Assembly (NCBI GenBank): GCA_963850905.1
Contig: CAWKMU010000003.1
Coordinates: 1,472,001 to 1,536,000 of the forward strand
DNA length: 64,000 nucleotides
Source: an uncultured Gemmatimonadales bacterium
GTDB taxonomy: Bacteria > Gemmatimonadota > Gemmatimonadetes > Gemmatimonadales > Gemmatimonadaceae
Direction of reading: 5' to 3'
In this document: piece by piece, positions 60,514 to 64,000 of the stretch
How positions within the stretch are numbered: position 1 is the first letter of the stretch
Layout of the letters: every line of letters begins with the position of its first letter
Position numbers and translations under genes: made by a program
The notes under the pieces: model-generated
Seen by the model: only the letters and a program-made list of their open reading frames with translations
Databases searched by the model: none
Told to the model about the DNA's origin: nothing

Positions 60514-60639
60514 ATGCGAACGACAGCGAGTCGTCTGGCGTGGGTGCTGTGCGCGTTGCTGGCAGTTTCTGTCGCCGCGTGCGCGCAGCAGGGAGTGACG
60601 GATCCTCCAGTGGTGGTGACGCAGGTGAACGGCGGATGA
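60514..60639 (+). CDS. 41-aa putative micro-lipoprotein
   Basis: GAGGAGG RBS; MRTTASRLAWVLCALLAVSVAAC signal with lipobox VAAC; directly downstream of the riboswitch. Confidence 0.7.
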   Translation: MRTTASRLAWVLCALLAVSVAACAQQGVTDPPVVVTQVNGG

Positions 60640-60643
60640 AAAC

Positions 60644-60765
60644 GGGTCTAGGGTTTGGGGTTTGGGGTCCGAGGTAACGACGACAACAGGGAGGGCCAGT
60701 CGCTGCGTACCGTGACTGGCCCTCGCGTTTTGTTGTAGTTACCCCAAACCCCAGACCCCAAACCC
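60644..60765. repeat. Heptamer-armed palindromic element, type B, copy B2 (inverted relative to B1)
   Basis: RGGGTYT arm, core GAGGGCCAGTCGC-N8-GTGACTGGCCCTC, then ARACCCC arm. Confidence 0.9.
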
Positions 60766-60778
60766 GCCGTTTTCGCTG

Positions 60779-61183
60779 CTACCTCGTTCTCTCCTCCGGA
60801 CCGACATCGCCGTGCCCCCGCGATCGCGCCCGGGCCGTGACGGATTGGACCAGCGCGACGAGACGTTGACGTTCGAGCGGCAGAGTGAGATCTGCGAGCG
60901 TGAGGCGCTGCAGCGAAGCGGGCAGCGGCAGCGGCGCATCGTCGGTGCCGTGGTACAACACAATCGATCCCCCTGGAGCGAGCCCGTGGAGGCCAATGTC
61001 ACGAGCGGATTGGATAGCCGTCGCTCGATCGACCACCACGACGAGCGGTGGGTCGCCGGCGGTCTGGACGGTGGCCTCGTGCAAACTATCTGCGAGTGTG
61101 ACGCGATAGCCAGCGGCCGCGAGTGTTTGCGCAAGCCCCTCGAGCAAGGCGTGATCAGAGCCGATCAACACCGTACCAAACAT
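60779..61183 (-). CDS. Atypical single-domain receiver (CheY-like) protein
   Basis: GAGG RBS; receiver-like pattern (LAQTLAAAGYRV..PLVVVVD..ADLTLPLE) with the acidic pocket and conserved Lys degenerate. Confidence 0.6.
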   Translation of the reverse strand: MFGTVLIGSDHALLEGLAQTLAAAGYRVTLADSLHEATVQTAGDPPLVVVVDRATAIQSARDIGLHGLAPGGSIVLYHGTDDAPLPLPASLQRLTLADLTLPLERQRLVALVQSVTARARSRGHGDVGPEERTR

Positions 61184-61298
61184 GAGTACCTCGGATACCT
61201 CTTGCGGTCAGCATTGGAACTCACAGTGGCGATCATGTATCGAGACCTGCCTCGATACCCTCACGCCGCCGCTGGCCGCTGCCGCCACGGAGTATCTC

Positions 61299-61907
61299 CT
61301 AGCCGCCCCGCGCGAGCAAGCTCAGCAAATAACCGACAAACGGCTCGATGACGTACGCGAGCAGAATCCATGCGATGAGCGGCGACAGATCGAACATCGC
61401 GACCGGCGGGATGAGGCGGCGGATCGGGCGGATCATCCATTCGGTGAGGCTGAAGGCCCACCGCACCCACCCGGAGTAGCGCGAGAGATTGATCCACGAC
61501 GTGACCACGCGGACGATGAGCGCGATCTCCAGCAAGAGGAAGGTCCACCGGATCAGCACGCGCGCCACGCCGTAGACGCCCAACGCCCCGGCGAGCTCAC
61601 CGGCCATGCCCCGGATGTACGTCAGCACCTCGAGCAACACGATCCCACCAATCACCACGACGGCGAGCGCCCACCACGGCGCGCTGGAGGGCAAACCACC
61701 CGCGCGCACGACGCGCCGCTCGATGGGCGCGAGGAGGGGATCAACCGTGCTCCGGAAGAAGCGCGCGATCGGGCCGAAGGGACTGACACGTCGCGTGCGC
61801 ACGAGCCAGTCGATGGCCAGGACCAGCGTGACCACGCCCGCGAGCGCGGCGAGCGTCGGTCGCAAGAACTCCAGGATCACGTCGAAGACGCCCAACGTTC
61901 CGCTCAT
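61299..61907 (-). CDS. yggT: YggT family protein
   Basis: Two YggT-like halves; LTEWMIRPIRRLIPPVAMFDLSPLIA motif. Confidence 0.85.
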   Translation of the reverse strand: MSGTLGVFDVILEFLRPTLAALAGVVTLVLAIDWLVRTRRVSPFGPIARFFRSTVDPLLAPIERRVVRAGGLPSSAPWWALAVVVIGGIVLLEVLTYIRGMAGELAGALGVYGVARVLIRWTFLLLEIALIVRVVTSWINLSRYSGWVRWAFSLTEWMIRPIRRLIPPVAMFDLSPLIAWILLAYVIEPFVGYLLSLLARGG

Positions 61908-61920
61908 TGCCTCCCCGTGG

Positions 61921-63252
61921 TCAACCTACGGCCCACCGACCAATCCCCCATGTGATTACGGTGACACCGAGCCCTGCTGCCCAGACGGGCAATGGAGCGG
62001 GTGGTGCACCCGCTGCCAACGGGATGATAGCAAAGGACGCTACTACGGGCAGCGCGATCGTCATGGCCGACAGCAAGATCCCTTCACGTCGCGCAGCGCG
62101 GCCAGCCCAGTACGCGAGGGGCGCGAAAAGCACGCAGAGCCACGCAACCATGATCCATTGGGCAAAGTGTGCCCATCGGCCAATGTCGGGGATGAAGAGC
62201 CGCCACGCTTGCCACACGCCGTCGCCGATCCGTCGGTGCAGCGCGGGCGGCGGCGCACCGCCGCGGTGCGCGACGTCGAACGCGGTCGAGCCGGTCGTGG
62301 TGATGGCGCGCACGACCATGGTGTCGACTGCGGAGGCACGTGCGGCAAACGCGTCCGTCACGATCCAGGACGGCGCGTGGAAGCCCAGCGCGTCTGATCG
62401 CCGGCGGATGCGAAAGATCAGATCGTCTCCTCCCCGGCCGAGCAGGAAGATCTCCTTTCGCCACTGATCGTGAACGTCGACGATTGGCGCCAGGGAGGGG
62501 CGAGTAGTCCCTGGCTGCATGGTGACGGCGATCACCGCGCCGTCGGCCAACAGCGAGTCACGCATGGCTTCGCTCGCGGAAGCGGACATGCGGCCGATGC
62601 CGATATCAACCCCGTTGAACGTCGCGTCGACCACGACGCCATCGAGCAGCGAGTAGCCGGGGAGGTCGGGCGCGACCTGTGGATAGTAGATGCTGTGCGG
62701 AAGCGCCGGCATCAGCGCCCACTGCACGAACGCGGCGACGATACAAACGACGAGCGCGGCGAGGCCGCTCAGCCGCCCGGCGAGGTGTCCCGGTGGTGTC
62801 AGCCATACGCGGCGCATGTCGACGGCGGCGACACCGATCACCGCGCCCGTGGTGTTGGCCACGATATCACCCAGATCCGAGTCGCGTCCCGGGACGACAT
62901 AGAACTGCAGCGCCTCGATGGAGCTGGTCAGCAACAGCGCGAGTGTCCATGCGGTCCAGCGCCGCATCCCGCTCAGCCGCAGCCCGATGCCAAGCGGGAC
63001 GAAAAGACCGATGTTGAGAAGGAAGTTGGCTGTGCCAGTGCTGCCGCAGAGGAGACACACATCGAAATGCGTGGGGAGACTATCCCCCAGCGGACGAAGG
63101 GTCAGCCGCGCAATGACGATCAGGCTGAGGATGGTCGTAGCAATACCGAGCGCCTTTTGTGGCGTCCGTGCTACATCTCGGGCCCAGCTTATCAGGTCAA
63201 CCCCGGCGCGTGGTGGGTCCGAAACCACGTTGCGGCGTCTCGCAGTGGGCAA
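61921..63252 (-). CDS. VanZ family membrane protein
   Basis: NIGLFVPLG, IEALQFYVVPGR and DIVANTTG motifs, plus an extracytoplasmic domain. Confidence 0.8.
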   Translation of the reverse strand: MPTARRRNVVSDPPRAGVDLISWARDVARTPQKALGIATTILSLIVIARLTLRPLGDSLPTHFDVCLLCGSTGTANFLLNIGLFVPLGIGLRLSGMRRWTAWTLALLLTSSIEALQFYVVPGRDSDLGDIVANTTGAVIGVAAVDMRRVWLTPPGHLAGRLSGLAALVVCIVAAFVQWALMPALPHSIYYPQVAPDLPGYSLLDGVVVDATFNGVDIGIGRMSASASEAMRDSLLADGAVIAVTMQPGTTRPSLAPIVDVHDQWRKEIFLLGRGGDDLIFRIRRRSDALGFHAPSWIVTDAFAARASAVDTMVVRAITTTGSTAFDVAHRGGAPPPALHRRIGDGVWQAWRLFIPDIGRWAHFAQWIMVAWLCVLFAPLAYWAGRAARREGILLSAMTIALPVVASFAIIPLAAGAPPAPLPVWAAGLGVTVITWGIGRWAVG

Positions 63253-63349
63253 AACGACGGGGTATTGCTCGTGGGTAACCGGGTGGCATTATCTGGCATC
63301 GTAACTGCGAATGTATCTGCGCTGAAAGACCCACGGCTCACATTGTGTG

Positions 63350-64000
63350 ATGTCCGTCACTAAGCTGTTGGGCGAGCCAGAACTCGACGAGTTGGCTTTC
63401 GTGACCCAAGCGCTCCGACATTTCTTTACCGTCGACGTGGAAGAGTACTTCCAGGTCAACGCATTCGACGAATTCATCACGCGCGAGAGCTGGCCGACGT
63501 ATCCGAGCCGTGTGGCGGAGAACGTCGACCGGTTGCTCGACATGTTGGCGTGCCACCGCGTCACGGGCACGTTCTTCACGCTGGGCTGGATCGCCAAGCG
63601 ACACCCGCGCGTGGTCAAGCGCATCGCGCAAGCTGGGCACGAGATCGCATCGCACGGCTGGTGGCATCGAAAAGTGACTGCGCTGACAGCATCCGAGTTC
63701 CGAGAGGATGTCCGGCTGTCGAAGGAGGTGCTGGAAGACATCACGGGCATTCGGGTGCTCGGATTCCGCGCCCCCAGCTTTTCGATCGTGCCGGGCCGGG
63801 AGTGGGCAATTGACGTGCTCATCGAAGAACAGTACGCGTATGACTCGAGCATGTTTCCGGTGCGCCGCCCCGAGTATGGATATCCTGATGCACCACCGAT
63901 CGCACACGTCATCGAGCGGCCGGCTGGGCGGTTGTGCGAATTTCCGTTGGCCACGACGGTCTGGAACGGCGTGCGGATCCCGGCCGCGGGTGGCGGCTAT
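63350..64000 (+). CDS. Polysaccharide deacetylase, XrtA/PEP-CTERM-system type (runs off window; start uncertain)
   Basis: FTVDVEEYFQV, TFFTLGWIA, HEIASHG, GFRAPSFSI and YDSS motifs. Confidence 0.9.
   Translation, partial: MSVTKLLGEPELDELAFVTQALRHFFTVDVEEYFQVNAFDEFITRESWPTYPSRVAENVDRLLDMLACHRVTGTFFTLGWIAKRHPRVVKRIAQAGHEIASHGWWHRKVTALTASEFREDVRLSKEVLEDITGIRVLGFRAPSFSIVPGREWAIDVLIEEQYAYDSSMFPVRRPEYGYPDAPPIAHVIERPAGRLCEFPLATTVWNGVRIPAAGGGY

Noticed and set aside
2227..60765. Heptamer/palindromic repeats as a CRISPR array
   Set aside because: There is no regular repeat-spacer periodicity, copies are kilobases apart and no cas genes are present.

Overview
GC-rich bacterial chromosome segment. Gene content (SusC-like TonB receptor, PadR + ADOP permease, MoxR/DUF58/DUF4350 operon, XrtA-type deacetylase) suggests a Gemmatimonadota-like soil organism; this is inference only. 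Positions 1-45.8 kb are an accessory-style patchwork of secreted hydrolases, a PQQ quinohemoprotein, an ECF sigma/anti-sigma pair, transporters and small enzymes. Positions 45.8-64 kb look like core genome: a MoxR operon, an acyl-CoA dehydrogenase, metH-yitJ-cbiX, yggT, a VanZ-family gene and a polysaccharide deacetylase. I saw no rRNA, tRNA, CRISPR, integrase or transposase. The most notable items are mostly non-coding. (1) A family of ~100-140 bp intergenic palindromes with a related central hairpin but interchangeable heptamer-repeat arms. (2) A c-di-GMP-I riboswitch directly upstream of an unannotated 41-aa micro-lipoprotein. (3) A SAM-II-type riboswitch with an intrinsic terminator ahead of metH. 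(4) A quinohemoprotein dehydrogenase with a lanthanide-type D-Y-D motif. (5) A zinc-finger anti-sigma factor fused to a YCII-like domain. Nine apparent +1 frameshifts (metH, yitJ and two other genes) are most likely sequencing errors. All family calls come from motif recognition by eye, not from database searches.
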